Assembly: GCA_002358955.1 (NCBI GenBank)
Contig: DEPV01000026.1
Span: 1 to 36,206, forward strand
DNA length: 36,206 nucleotides
Direction of reading: 5' to 3'
Source: Erysipelothrix sp. UBA3383
GTDB taxonomy: Bacteria; Bacillota_I; Bacilli_A; Erysipelotrichales; Erysipelotrichaceae
In this document: one piece after another, positions 8,836 through 19,110 of the stretch
Layout: every line of letters begins with the position of its first letter
How positions within the stretch are numbered: position 1 is the stretch's first letter
Translations under genes and position numbers: made by a program
The notes under the pieces: generated by a model
The model's database searches: none
The model's input: the letters and a program-made list of their open reading frames with translations, nothing else
What the model was told of the DNA's origin: nothing

Positions 8836-9633
8836 ATGAGTATGACAGAACTAAAAATTGAACAACTTGAAGTAAGTATTGATGATAAGAAGATTCTTAA
8901 GGGGATTAACCTGAGTGTCAAAGAGGGTGAAATTCACGCTATTATGGGTCCTAATGGTAATGGTAAAAGTACCTTATTGTCTTCAATTATGGGGCATCCC
9001 CGTTTTGAAGTAGATGCAGGGAGCATTACTTTAAATGATGAGGATGTACTTGAGATGGAAGTCAATGAGCGCTCTCAAGCGGGTCTTTTCTTAGGGATGC
9101 AATACCCTTCTGAAGTACCGGGTGTTACCAATGCAGATTTCTTAAAATCAGCAATCAACACACACCGTGATACCCCAATTGGTTTATTTGAATTTGTAAA
9201 CAGTTTAGAAGCGAACATTGAAACTTTACGCATGAAGAAAGATTTAGCACACCGTTATTTAAATGAAGGATTTAGTGGTGGTGAGAAAAAACGTAATGAA
9301 ATCTTACAATTAATGATGTTACAACCTAAGATTGCAATGCTTGATGAGATTGATTCAGGACTTGATATTGATGCTTTAGGACTGGTTGCACAAGTTCTTA
9401 AAGACTATCAAGAAAAAGAACAACTGGGACTTTTAATTGTCAGTCACTATGAGAGATTCTTTGAATTGATCACTCCAAGTCATGTTCATATTATGATAGA
9501 TGGAAAAATTGTCCTGAGTGGTGATTACAGCTTGGTACAAAAGATTGACCAAGAAGGTTATGACTGGCTAACACCACAAGGCATTGAAGATTATATTAAA
9601 GCTAATGGAAGTGCTGATCATGCACAAGTTTAA
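8836..9633 (+). CDS. sufC: Fe-S cluster assembly ATPase SufC
   Basis: GPNGNGKST, 'LNEGFSGGEKKRNEILQ', 'LDEIDSGLDIDAL'. Confidence 0.97.
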   Translation: MSMTELKIEQLEVSIDDKKILKGINLSVKEGEIHAIMGPNGNGKSTLLSSIMGHPRFEVDAGSITLNDEDVLEMEVNERSQAGLFLGMQYPSEVPGVTNADFLKSAINTHRDTPIGLFEFVNSLEANIETLRMKKDLAHRYLNEGFSGGEKKRNEILQLMMLQPKIAMLDEIDSGLDIDALGLVAQVLKDYQEKEQLGLLIVSHYERFFELITPSHVHIMIDGKIVLSGDYSLVQKIDQEGYDWLTPQGIEDYIKANGSADHAQV

Positions 9634-10405
9634 TATTGAAACCAGTCAAACACTTGATATCACAGTTACAGAAAATACTACTTATCATTTAGATTGCCCA
9701 AAACTAACAAGTGGCCATCTTATTCTCAATGTACAAGGGGAAGGTGTATTAAACCTAACTCTTGATTTACAAGAAGGTTCACAGTGGCAAGTTTTAGTAT
9801 TACACAGTACCAATGCTACACTTAATATTTTAGAAACCATAAACTTACACAAGGATGCACAATTAAACATTGGTTTTGGTGAGTTTACACAAGGTAAAGT
9901 GAGTAAGAACACACAAATCAACTTAGTCGGAAGTGGCTCATCGGCCATTACTTATGGAGCTGCTTTACTACGAGGTCATTTAAAATGGACTTTAGAAGCC
10001 AATCATTTAGCAACACATACTTATGCTGAACTGAACAGCAATGTGGTCATTGGCAATCTAGGACACTGTGATCTTGAAGTGATTGGTTCCATACCTAAAG
10101 GGAATTACCAATCCAAGACCCATCAAATGTCAAAACTCTTGAATCTAGGTGAGAAGGCACAGGCCAGTGTTTATCCAAAACTACTGATTGATGAGAATGA
10201 TGTTGAGGCAAGTCATGCTGCTTCGGTAGGACAGCCTGAACAAGAACATATTTACTACTTGATGTCTCGTGGATTAAGTTACCAAGAGTCCATGCGTCTT
10301 CTGATTAAAGGGTATTTACACCCTGTTGTTAACTTGATAGAAGATGAAACACTACAAACTACATTACTTGAAATGATCGATGAAGAGGTTCAACAATATG
10401 TCTAA
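9620..10405 (+). CDS. sufD: Fe-S cluster assembly protein SufD (short form)
   Basis: 'PKLLIDENDVEASHAASVG', 'YYLMSRGL'; operon position. Start ATG 9620 preferred. Confidence 0.9.
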   Translation: MHKFNIETSQTLDITVTENTTYHLDCPKLTSGHLILNVQGEGVLNLTLDLQEGSQWQVLVLHSTNATLNILETINLHKDAQLNIGFGEFTQGKVSKNTQINLVGSGSSAITYGAALLRGHLKWTLEANHLATHTYAELNSNVVIGNLGHCDLEVIGSIPKGNYQSKTHQMSKLLNLGEKAQASVYPKLLIDENDVEASHAASVGQPEQEHIYYLMSRGLSYQESMRLLIKGYLHPVVNLIEDETLQTTLLEMIDEEVQQYV

Positions 10406-11609
10406 TATAAGACGTGATTTTCCATTTTTACAAAAACATCCGGATGTTGCTTATTTTGATAATGCAGCAACAACTCTAAAGCCACAATCTGTAATTGATG
10501 CGGTTGTAGATTACTATGAGAACTACAGTGCCAATGTGCACAGGGGAGATTTTAAAGAGTCCCTTGCAAGCAGTGCCCTTTATGATGGGGTGCGTGTTAA
10601 GGTTGCACAGCTTTTAAATGCATCTGATAAAGAAATTATCTTTACTTCAGGTGCTTCAGAAAGTTTAAACTTGATGGCATCCATGTTAAGTGAGTCTGTA
10701 TTGAAAAAGGGTGATGTTGTTCTTCTTAATGAAGCAGAACATGCATCCAACATTTTACCGTGGTTTCATTTAGCAGATAAATATGGTTTTAGTGTTGAGT
10801 TCATTCCTTTAAATAATGAGGGCCGAATCTCAATAGATGCATTTAAACAAGCCTTACATTCTGATGTTAAGGTCGTTTCGATTGCTCATATATCCAATGT
10901 ATTAGGAAATCTTAATCCGATCAAAGAACTGACTGAAATTGCTCATGAGGCAGGAGTTATTATGTGTGTTGATGGAGCGCAGTCTGTAGGCCATGTTGCT
11001 GTTGATCTACAAGATCTTGATGTGGATTTCTTTGCTTTTTCAGCACATAAGATGCTGGGGCCCAGCGGTGTTGGAGTTTTATATGGAAAATATGAATACC
11101 TGGATGCGATGAATCCGTTAAAAATGGGTGGGGGATCCAATGTTCGATTTAACTCTTGTGGTGAAGTTGTATTGAAGAAAGCACCACAAAAATTTGAATC
11201 GGGAACACCCAATATTGAAGGTGTGATTGGTTTTGGAAGTGCGATTGATTATATTAGTAACTTAGGTTTTGATACCATTCATAAACTTGATCATCACATT
11301 CATCAACACCTTTTAAATGAACTTAAAGCCTTGAAACATGTTGAAGTGATGAATCCCAATGCTGATATTTCAATTGTATCGCTTCGTGTTGAAGGGATCT
11401 TTGCACAAGATGTTGCAGCCTATTTGGGACAATTTAACATCTCTACACGTGCTGGAGAACACTGTGCAAAACTATTGAATGGTGCACTGCACCATGAGAA
11501 GACCGTACGTATTTCGCTTTACTTCTACAATACCATTGAAGAGGTGGATCGTTTGGTGGATGCTTTAAAGAACATCAGTTTAGAAAACGTATTGGACGGA
11601 TTTTTTTAG
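10398..11609 (+). CDS. sufS: Cysteine desulfurase SufS
   Basis: 'YFDNAATTLKP', 'ANVHRG', PLP Lys in 'SAHKMLGP', catalytic Cys in 'RAGEHCA'. Confidence 0.95.
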   Translation: MSNIRRDFPFLQKHPDVAYFDNAATTLKPQSVIDAVVDYYENYSANVHRGDFKESLASSALYDGVRVKVAQLLNASDKEIIFTSGASESLNLMASMLSESVLKKGDVVLLNEAEHASNILPWFHLADKYGFSVEFIPLNNEGRISIDAFKQALHSDVKVVSIAHISNVLGNLNPIKELTEIAHEAGVIMCVDGAQSVGHVAVDLQDLDVDFFAFSAHKMLGPSGVGVLYGKYEYLDAMNPLKMGGGSNVRFNSCGEVVLKKAPQKFESGTPNIEGVIGFGSAIDYISNLGFDTIHKLDHHIHQHLLNELKALKHVEVMNPNADISIVSLRVEGIFAQDVAAYLGQFNISTRAGEHCAKLLNGALHHEKTVRISLYFYNTIEEVDRLVDALKNISLENVLDGFF

Positions 11610-11613
11610 GAGG

Positions 11614-12057
11614 ATGACTATGGAATACTTAAAAGATCCTCAATTTTTAAGACAGTTGATTATGGATCATTATGAATACCCACGCAATAAGCGTGAAGAA
11701 AAAGATTACATTCAAGAACATGTCAGTACTGAATCATGCATCGATGATATTACCGTTCAAGTTTTACTGGAAGATAATATCTTGAAGGACGTTGCGTTTG
11801 TTGGTACAGCTTGTACCATTGCAACCAGTTCAGTTTCAATGATGACTGAATTAATGAAGGGAAAAACACTTGAAGAAGCACAAGACTTAATTCATGAGTT
11901 TAACAACATGTTAAAAATGGAAGCATTTGATGAAGAAAAATTAGGAGAGTTGGTAGCACTGCGTAATGTATCACGCCAACCTCATCGCATTAACTGTGCC
12001 GATTTATCATGGCGTGCATTGCAGTTAATTATCGTAAAGGAGGTCTCTCATGAGTGA
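11614..12057 (+). CDS. sufU: SufU sulfur-transfer/scaffold protein
   Basis: '[10 protein letters not shown]', 'SCIDD', 'ACTIATSS', 'RINCA'. Confidence 0.93.
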   Translation: MTMEYLKDPQFLRQLIMDHYEYPRNKREEKDYIQEHVSTESCIDDITVQVLLEDNILKDVAFVGTACTIATSSVSMMTELMKGKTLEEAQDLIHEFNNMLKMEAFDEEKLGELVALRNVSRQPHRINCADLSWRALQLIIVKEVSHE

Positions 12058-13462
12058 AAAAATCAGTGATTTAGAACGTTTGCCCGATGAGCATTATGAA
12101 TTTGGGTTTAAGGATGATGTAAAGTCAGTCATTCAATTTGAAAAAGGTTTGAATGAAGCTGTCGTTCGTGAAATCTCTCGCATTAAAGAAGAGCCAGAAT
12201 GGATGCTTGATTTACGTTTGAAGGCTTATCATCAGTTCTTAGAAATGGACATGCCTAGTTGGGGTGCTCCACTTGATGATGTTGATTTTGAGGAATACAT
12301 TTATTATCTTAAAGCCAGTGATCGTGCCGAAACACGATGGGAAGATGTCCCTGAAACCATTCGTAATACCTTTGCAAAACTTGGGATTCCAGAAGCTGAG
12401 GCCAAGTATCTATCCGGTGTAGCGACACAGTATGACTCTGAAATGGTCTACTCTTGCATGTTGCAAGAAGTGGTTCAAGAAGGTGTTTTATTCTTTGATA
12501 TGGATACCGGACTTAAAGAGCATCCTGAATTGGTTAAGAAATACTTTACCAAACTGGTAGCAAGCAATGATAATAAATTTGCAGCACTGAATACTGCTGT
12601 ATGGTCAGGGGGATCATTCATCTATGTTCCTAAAGGGGTTCATCTGGATAAGCCTCTGCAATCATACTTCCGTATTAATGCAGAGCAAATGGGACAGTTT
12701 GAGCGTACTTTAATCATTGTTGATGAAGGGTCTTCAGTCCATTATGTTGAAGGTTGTACAGCACCCATCTACTCTAAAGATTCCATGCATGCAGCAGTGG
12801 TTGAAATCTTTGTTGAAAAGCATGGTAAATGCCGTTATACAACGATTCAAAACTGGTCTAATAATGTTTATAACTTAGTGACCAAAAGAGCCATTGTTCA
12901 AGAACATGGAGTTATGGAGTGGATTGATGGGAACATCGGTGCAGGTACTACCATGAAATACCCAGCATGTATCCTTGATGGTCCTTATGCTAAAGGCTAT
13001 ACGATTTCAATTGCTGTAGCAGGTAAGGGACAATGGCAAGATACAGGAGCTAAAATGATTCATAATGCACCTGATACCCAGTCTACTATCATCTCCAAAT
13101 CGGTTTCTCGTAATGGTGGTGTTGTTAACTATAATGGGATTGTTAAACACTCCGATAAGGCACACCGTGCTAAAACCAAGGTTGAGTGTGATACTTTAAT
13201 CTTAGATGAATACTCACGTTCTGATACCAAACCGTTTAATATCATTCAGACCAACGATTCAACTTTAGAACATGAGGCACGCGTCTCTAAGATTTCTGAA
13301 GAAGAATTATTTTACTTGATGAGTCGTGGTTTAAGTGAAGAGCAAGCGGCTGAAACGATCGTAATGGGATTTCTAGAACCCTTTACACGTGAGTTACCAA
13401 TGGAATATGCAGTCGAGTTGAATCAATTGATGAAACTTGAGATGGAGGGGTCAGTTGGATAA
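12050..13462 (+). CDS. sufB: Fe-S cluster assembly protein SufB
   Basis: 'GQFERTLII', 'YVEGCTAP', 'YTTIQNWS', '[10 protein letters not shown]', '[13 protein letters not shown]'. Confidence 0.97.
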   Translation: MSEKISDLERLPDEHYEFGFKDDVKSVIQFEKGLNEAVVREISRIKEEPEWMLDLRLKAYHQFLEMDMPSWGAPLDDVDFEEYIYYLKASDRAETRWEDVPETIRNTFAKLGIPEAEAKYLSGVATQYDSEMVYSCMLQEVVQEGVLFFDMDTGLKEHPELVKKYFTKLVASNDNKFAALNTAVWSGGSFIYVPKGVHLDKPLQSYFRINAEQMGQFERTLIIVDEGSSVHYVEGCTAPIYSKDSMHAAVVEIFVEKHGKCRYTTIQNWSNNVYNLVTKRAIVQEHGVMEWIDGNIGAGTTMKYPACILDGPYAKGYTISIAVAGKGQWQDTGAKMIHNAPDTQSTIISKSVSRNGGVVNYNGIVKHSDKAHRAKTKVECDTLILDEYSRSDTKPFNIIQTNDSTLEHEARVSKISEEELFYLMSRGLSEEQAAETIVMGFLEPFTRELPMEYAVELNQLMKLEMEGSVG

Positions 13463-13997
13463 ACAAAATTTAGCACGTAAAATTCGTAAACAGCGTGCAT
13501 CCTATTCAGTAGAAGTACGATTACCATGGGATACCATCATTCACGATAGAATTCTTGAATTAACAGAAGGACATTCTGTCATTGCACTTTACACGGCAAT
13601 GAATGGTGAGGTTGATACTTATGGTATTATGGAAAGTTTATTTTGGGATAAGACTAAAACAGTCTGTCTTCCTAAAACATTACCTGACCATAAGTTGGCA
13701 TTTTATAAAATTACATCTTTTGATGATTTAAAGATGGGAGCTATGGATATCATGGAACCCACAACCGATGAAGTTGTCATACCAGACTTGGTGATTACAC
13801 CACTCTCTGTATTTAATAAAGCATGTTTTCGCATTGGGTATGGTGGTGGTTATTATGATCGCTACTTTGAGAACAATGATGTTCGTAAAATTGGTCTGGC
13901 ATATTCATTTCAAGAAACTGATTGGGACTTTCAAGAACCGTTTGACCAACCTTGCGATCTGATTGTTACTGAGCAGGAAGTGTACCATGCAGCTTAA
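13455..13997 (+). CDS. 5-formyltetrahydrofolate cyclo-ligase
   Basis: '[12 protein letters not shown]', 'EVDT', 'DLIVTE'; TTG start at 13455 after GGAGGG, overlapping the sufB stop. Confidence 0.92.
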   Translation: MDKQNLARKIRKQRASYSVEVRLPWDTIIHDRILELTEGHSVIALYTAMNGEVDTYGIMESLFWDKTKTVCLPKTLPDHKLAFYKITSFDDLKMGAMDIMEPTTDEVVIPDLVITPLSVFNKACFRIGYGGGYYDRYFENNDVRKIGLAYSFQETDWDFQEPFDQPCDLIVTEQEVYHAA

Positions 13998-15126
13998 GGC
14001 GAAAAAAGGGTTCTCTTTAGTCATCTTCTTTGGCTTTTGTACCTATACTCTAATGAGTACACAGATTGTTCCTTTTCTAACCCATTTGGGGTATTCACCC
14101 ACTCAACGTGGGTATGTCTTAAGTATGGTATCAGTCATTGCCATCTTGGGACAGGTTGTCATGGGCTATATTAGCGATCGCTATAAGACCATGCGAAGTT
14201 TATTCATTTATTTAAGTCTTGTTATTGTACTAACGGCTATCTTATCGTATTCCATCGAGATTAATAACTTCTGGTACCACTTCTTCATTGTAGGAATGGG
14301 TGCTGGAATTACTAAGACGACGATTAACTTTTTAGAATCATGGATTATGGAAGTGGATGGCATGCAATCAGAATTTGGTGCCATTCGTGCTTATGGATCA
14401 CTAGGGTGGTCTTTATTCTCCTTGTTCTCAGGGTTTCTTATTACACAATGGGGATATCCTTCACTTGCTGTGATTACCAGCATTTTTACTTTGGTAGTCA
14501 TCTTCTTTGCATCGAAGTTACCTGATGCCACTAAGGTTTCAAAAAAAGTTGATCTTGCTGAAGTGAAACTACTCTTTAAGAATAAGAACTTTGTCTTACT
14601 GATTTGGATTTACTTGATTACCTTCATTGCTTACAATGCAGATTCCATTACCGTTACAGACTACATGATCTCACTAGGCGCTACAGAATCTCTTATTGGT
14701 ATTAAGTGGTTTATTCAAGCCGTCTTTGAAATACCAACCATGTTCATTGGTTATCGTATTTTAAGACGTAAGGGTAGTCCCTGGATGCTTATGGTTGGGG
14801 TCTTTGTCTTGATGTTTCGATTGGGAGCCTCAGCACTAAGTGCCAACAATACCATCATCATCTTATTGGGAACACTGCAAATATTCAGTTATCCTTTTAT
14901 TCTTCTCTCACAGAAAGAGCTGGTGTATAAGGAAATTCCAGAACATCTCAGGTCTACAGGACAACTGGTCTCAATCTCCTTATCAGTGGGTTTAGGGGGT
15001 GCTTTAACACCTATCATCTCAGGTTATCTAAATGAATCAATGGGGATTCAAAATACACTGTATATCTTTGCGTTAATGATGTTAATCCCCTTAGGATTTA
15101 TGAGATTTCTTGATACAGAGTCGTAA
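13987..15126 (+). CDS. MFS transporter (MFS_1_like)
   Basis: About 12 TM segments; 'GYISDRYK' motif A; 'FGAIRAYGSLGW'; 'FEIP'. Confidence 0.88.
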   Translation: MQLKAKKGFSLVIFFGFCTYTLMSTQIVPFLTHLGYSPTQRGYVLSMVSVIAILGQVVMGYISDRYKTMRSLFIYLSLVIVLTAILSYSIEINNFWYHFFIVGMGAGITKTTINFLESWIMEVDGMQSEFGAIRAYGSLGWSLFSLFSGFLITQWGYPSLAVITSIFTLVVIFFASKLPDATKVSKKVDLAEVKLLFKNKNFVLLIWIYLITFIAYNADSITVTDYMISLGATESLIGIKWFIQAVFEIPTMFIGYRILRRKGSPWMLMVGVFVLMFRLGASALSANNTIIILLGTLQIFSYPFILLSQKELVYKEIPEHLRSTGQLVSISLSVGLGGALTPIISGYLNESMGIQNTLYIFALMMLIPLGFMRFLDTES

Positions 15127-15223
15127 TAGTTTGACAAAAACAAGTCAAAATGCACATTCAAGATGAAATATCGCAATATATCGACAATCTTTGTGAAAAT
15201 ATTACGCAAATGTGACATATTTC

Positions 15224-15232
15224 TGTTAGAAT
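15224..15232 (+). promoter_or_regulatory. Extended -10 promoter element for the citXG-like/tyrS unit
   Basis: TGtTAGAAT about 22 bp upstream of ATG 15255; RBS GAGG. Confidence 0.5.
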
Positions 15233-15254
15233 ATAAGGGATAGCGAGGTAAACT

Positions 15255-16499
15255 ATGGACATTGTACAATTATCTTCAGAATCAATGATGGAGTTACGAC
15301 AAAAACGTCTTAACATCATGCGTGGCATGATTGACGGGCAGTCGGGTTCATTGTTGGTACTGCGCGGCGGATACGCCGGAACAAACAGACAGCATCACTC
15401 CGTTTCTTATGCGGTTTTTTCAATATTCTTTGAGCTCTGGGAACGTTTTTCTATGGAGACATGGTCTTATACTTTTGACTCTGAAGGTTTGATGTTTTAC
15501 ATCAAGTTGGAAGAAGATGCACATAAAATCAAAGAGGTACTGGTCCATTATGAGGATTTCCATCCTTTAGGATTTGCGATTGACTCTGATGTACTTTCCA
15601 GTGAAATGGAAATTACACGCAGCATGATTGGTTTTAAAGAGCGCACAGACTACTATACAAAGCAGCCTTTGGCTGACATTCAAGACCGCGTGAATTTTGA
15701 TGAGACCTATCGTAAAGATTTCATTAAAAAAGTAGAGTCAGAAATTGTACAAGGGGATCGACAAACAATATTATCCAATATTTTAGTCTATTCTTATGTT
15801 ACTGCATTTACAAAACCTTTAGGTTTTGGAATGTATGGACCCAATTACAGAGGGTCTAATGATCAAATGAACTTTGAGAAGTTCATTTATTTAGTACGTG
15901 CTTATAAATCAGAAATGATGAATATTTTCAATTACAATTCCAATCGTATTGAAGATATTATGGCTTTTCAGTCTAAGGTTCAAGACCGCATTTCACATGC
16001 TGTATTAAACCAACAATCCTATAAGTACACCGTACTGATGAGTACGATTGTCATGTTTGGATTCATCAATTCAAAAGGTTATGCTGATATCAGCAAGCAA
16101 GTTAAAAAGCTCTCAGAAGAGTTTGAACGTGCAGGCCTGTTTGAAAATGAAGGCAAACGCTATGACATTACAAAAAATGGAATGCGTGAATTGTTTAATT
16201 ACACCGTGCCATTTTATCAAAAACACCGTACCGTTGAATCCACAATTCTATACTTATTAAGTCGTCATAAAGATGACTCCATTAAATTACATAATGGGGA
16301 ACAAAACTTATTGAAAGTTCAATTCTTAGCGAAAAACTTAATGTTAAAAGAAGATAAATGGATTGAGATGAACAAGTTCTGTACATCAAGTTATATTTAT
16401 CCTCATGATTCAACCCACTTAATGGTGAGTGTTGCAATGTTGGATCTTTTCCAACGTAATTACTTAAAAATTAAAATGATGTTTGATAGAAACAAATAA
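15255..16499 (+). CDS. Highly diverged CitX-CitG fusion-like protein, probable pseudoenzyme
   Basis: N-half 'KEVLVHYEDFHPLGFAIDSDV...ITRSMIGFKER' resembles CitX 'K..M..LEE.HPLGRL.DIDV....SR..LG...R'; C-half 'GFGMYGPNYRGSNDQMNF', 'KDDSIKLHNG' and 'IYPHDSTHLM' align in order with the CitG motifs (G)LV..GSH.DM, DT(N/T)...RGG and SPGGSADLL. Confidence 0.65.
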   Translation: MDIVQLSSESMMELRQKRLNIMRGMIDGQSGSLLVLRGGYAGTNRQHHSVSYAVFSIFFELWERFSMETWSYTFDSEGLMFYIKLEEDAHKIKEVLVHYEDFHPLGFAIDSDVLSSEMEITRSMIGFKERTDYYTKQPLADIQDRVNFDETYRKDFIKKVESEIVQGDRQTILSNILVYSYVTAFTKPLGFGMYGPNYRGSNDQMNFEKFIYLVRAYKSEMMNIFNYNSNRIEDIMAFQSKVQDRISHAVLNQQSYKYTVLMSTIVMFGFINSKGYADISKQVKKLSEEFERAGLFENEGKRYDITKNGMRELFNYTVPFYQKHRTVESTILYLLSRHKDDSIKLHNGEQNLLKVQFLAKNLMLKEDKWIEMNKFCTSSYIYPHDSTHLMVSVAMLDLFQRNYLKIKMMFDRNK

Positions 16500-16509
16500 G
16501 GGAGTTACT

Positions 16510-17757
16510 ATGAATTTTATTGAAGAATTAGAATGGCGTGGTTTACTGAAGGATGTTACAAACCGTGCACATCTTGAAGAACGCATGAAATCACCCATTA
16601 CACTATACTGTGGGTATGATCCAACAGCAGATTCACTGCATGTGGGTCACTTACAACAATTAATACTATTAAAACGTTACCAAAAAGAAGGGCATCACCC
16701 GATTGCTTTAATTGGTGGTGCAACAGGAATGATTGGTGATCCACGTCCCACAACGGAACGATCACTACTTTCTGATGAAGATTTACAACATAATATCAAC
16801 TGTTTATCACAACAAATTACAAGTATCTTAAACTCAGATAACAACCCTGTTAAGATTTTAAACAATGCTGACTGGTTATCTGATTTAAGCATGTTGTCAT
16901 TCCTAAGAGATTATGGAAAACATTTTTCAATCAACACGATGCTGGCTAAAGATACCATTGCATCACGTTTATCAACAGGGATCTCATTTACAGAGTTCTC
17001 ATATACGATTTTACAATCGATTGACTTTTTACACCTGTATGAAAATCATGGTGTAGAACTTCAAGTTGGAGGATCTGATCAGTGGGGAAACCTTGTATCA
17101 GGGTCTGACTTAATTCGTAAAGTAAAGGGTCATGAAGTTGAGGTTTTTGGAGCAACATCATACCTGATCACTAAATCTGATGGTTCTAAGTTTGGTAAGA
17201 GTGAGGGTGAAAACATTTGGCTGGATGCAGCGCGTACTGATGCTTATGCATTCTACCAATACTTCATCAACTGTTCTGATGATGACATTGTAGACTTTAC
17301 AAAACGTCTATCCATGAAGTCACCTGATGAAATCAATGCTTTAGAAGTAGATTTTAAAGAAGCACCGCACTTACGTGCAATGCAAAAAGCACTTGCTGAG
17401 GAGTTAACATTCTTACTGCATGGCCAAGAAGGCTTGGACATGGCTTTAAAAATGACTAATGCTTTATTCTCAGGTAATGTTCAAGATTTAAACAGTGAAG
17501 AAATTAAAACTGCATTTGCAGACTCAAACAGTATTGCAGTTGATGCAGATGATAACATCGTAGAACTGCTTGTTAATACAAAAATCATGCCATCAAAACG
17601 TGAAGCACGCCAAATGATTACTCAAGGTGCTGTTTCAGTCAATGGTGTTGTCATTAAAGATCTGGACTTTGAAATTACCAAAGCTGCAGCATTTGATGAA
17701 TCTGTAACACTGATCCGTAAAGGAAAACGTAATTACTTTATTTTAAACCACGAGTAA
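16510..17757 (+). CDS. tyrS: Tyrosine--tRNA ligase
   Basis: 'YCGYDPTADSLHVGH', 'QVGGSDQWGN', 'KFGKS', C-terminal S4 domain; ATG 16510 after GGAG. Confidence 0.98.
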   Translation: MNFIEELEWRGLLKDVTNRAHLEERMKSPITLYCGYDPTADSLHVGHLQQLILLKRYQKEGHHPIALIGGATGMIGDPRPTTERSLLSDEDLQHNINCLSQQITSILNSDNNPVKILNNADWLSDLSMLSFLRDYGKHFSINTMLAKDTIASRLSTGISFTEFSYTILQSIDFLHLYENHGVELQVGGSDQWGNLVSGSDLIRKVKGHEVEVFGATSYLITKSDGSKFGKSEGENIWLDAARTDAYAFYQYFINCSDDDIVDFTKRLSMKSPDEINALEVDFKEAPHLRAMQKALAEELTFLLHGQEGLDMALKMTNALFSGNVQDLNSEEIKTAFADSNSIAVDADDNIVELLVNTKIMPSKREARQMITQGAVSVNGVVIKDLDFEITKAAAFDESVTLIRKGKRNYFILNHE

Positions 17758-17767
17758 GGAGTTCATT

Positions 17768-18238
17768 ATGAAAAAAGTAACATTGATGATCATGACACTG
17801 TTTTTACTCAGTGCATGTTCTAATAAAAATGCACTGCAACAAGAGAAACTTGATTTATACCAGTCTTACTGGACTGTAATTCAAGATCAGGAAACATATC
17901 AATCAGAATCATCAAACTTTACGATTAGCGCAAGTTATGATGCTGGATCTTATGAAGTGATCATTGATCAAGCACGTGTTGCAATGAACTCAGTACAAGT
18001 TTTAGTCGTTGAAAATGATGATGCATTTCAAACTGAGAAGATGATGCCCAGTGCAGGTATCTTTGAAGATCCCGTTGTACTAATTCCCAATCAATCCAAA
18101 CCTGATTCCAACTTTAAAGCAGGAATCAAGCTGGTTGGTGAAAATACAACACCGCTAAAGATTAACGTGCTTGTAGCATGGCAATCTGTAGGAACTAGTG
18201 AATTGCATCGTGAATTCTTTGAATTCACATTTGAATAA
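17768..18238 (+). CDS. Lipoprotein of unknown function
   Basis: MKK + hydrophobic stretch + LSAC lipobox; RBS AAGGAG. Confidence 0.8.
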   Translation: MKKVTLMIMTLFLLSACSNKNALQQEKLDLYQSYWTVIQDQETYQSESSNFTISASYDAGSYEVIIDQARVAMNSVQVLVVENDDAFQTEKMMPSAGIFEDPVVLIPNQSKPDSNFKAGIKLVGENTTPLKINVLVAWQSVGTSELHREFFEFTFE

Positions 18239-18245
18239 TTAAACT

Positions 18246-18277
18246 AAAGGGCCCAATTATTGGTGTCCCTTTTTTTT
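18246..18277 (+). terminator. Rho-independent terminator
   Basis: Bulged stem AAAGGGC-CCAA/TTGG-T-GTCCC followed by T8. Confidence 0.7.
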
Positions 18278-18279
18278 GT

Positions 18280-18677
18280 GCTTGTCGATTTACAATAGGT
18301 AATACAACAGTAAGAAACCGTAAGTCTAAGAACTCACCGAACAAACAAAGTCTTTTTGTGGTTTATGGAAGAAAGACGAAAATAATAAGAACATATCGTA
18401 TGATTATTGTGCCTTTCCAGATCTTTTAGTCATTGCTGTGTATGGTAATAATGGTGCTTGGGGACAGTTTGTATTTCCCAGGAAACTTTTATTTGAAAAA
18501 GGGATTTCTAAAGATAAGCATACAAAAGCTAAGATGGCTTTTTGTATATATCCTACATAGGACAAGCCCATCAGTAAACAAGCTTGAAGAACACAGCAGT
18601 GGCAAGTTGCTTATTTCAAAAACTTAAGCATTTCTGATATATACAGTATGAGGCTACTAAAAGCTAACTATCAGTAA
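18280..18677 (+). pseudogene. mepB: MepB family pseudogene (5'-truncated, frameshifted, two nonsense codons)
   Basis: Manual translation: ACRFTIGNTTVRNRKSKNSPNKQSLFV/WKKDENNKNISYDYCAFPDLLVIAVYGNNGAWGQFVFPRKLLFEKGI...KAKMAFCIYPT*DKPISKQA*RTQQWQVAYF. Frameshift near 18361-18365, TAG 18558-18560, TGA 18585-18587. Confidence 0.85.
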
Positions 18678-18747
18678 AGACTCTGTGGTCATGTCTTATC
18701 TCAGAACTTTAATTAAGTGCTATGATAAATAAAAAGGAAGTGATCTT

Positions 18748-19110
18748 ATGTTACGAATTGATCGAATTTATAATGATGATATTCGCAAAGGTGAAAAACG
18801 AGTTCTTGTTGATCGTTTATGGCCTCGTGGTATTAGTAAAGAGCGTGCTCAACTGGATGAGTGGTTTAAGGATCTAGGACCCTCTACAGAACTTAGAGTA
18901 TGGTTTAATCATGAACCCGATAAGTATGAGCAGTTTAAAACACGTTATATGAAAGAATTGGAAGAAGAACCACAACAAACACTGCTTCATGAACTCTATA
19001 CAATGGGGGAAAAAGGGGATCTTGTACTTCTTTTTGGTGCGAAAGAAACTCGTTTTAATCAGGCTGTAGTTCTTAAAGAAGTATTGGATGGAATGCATTA
19101 TCATGATTGA
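18748..19110 (+). CDS. DUF488 (YeaO-like) protein
   Basis: 'RVLVDRLWPRGISKE', 'PSTELRVWFNH', 'F..RY..EL', 'NQAVVL'. Confidence 0.9.
   Translation: MLRIDRIYNDDIRKGEKRVLVDRLWPRGISKERAQLDEWFKDLGPSTELRVWFNHEPDKYEQFKTRYMKELEEEPQQTLLHELYTMGEKGDLVLLFGAKETRFNQAVVLKEVLDGMHYHD

Noticed and set aside
18433..18627. 64 aa ORF from the track
   Set aside because: Out-of-frame overlay of the mepB pseudogene.
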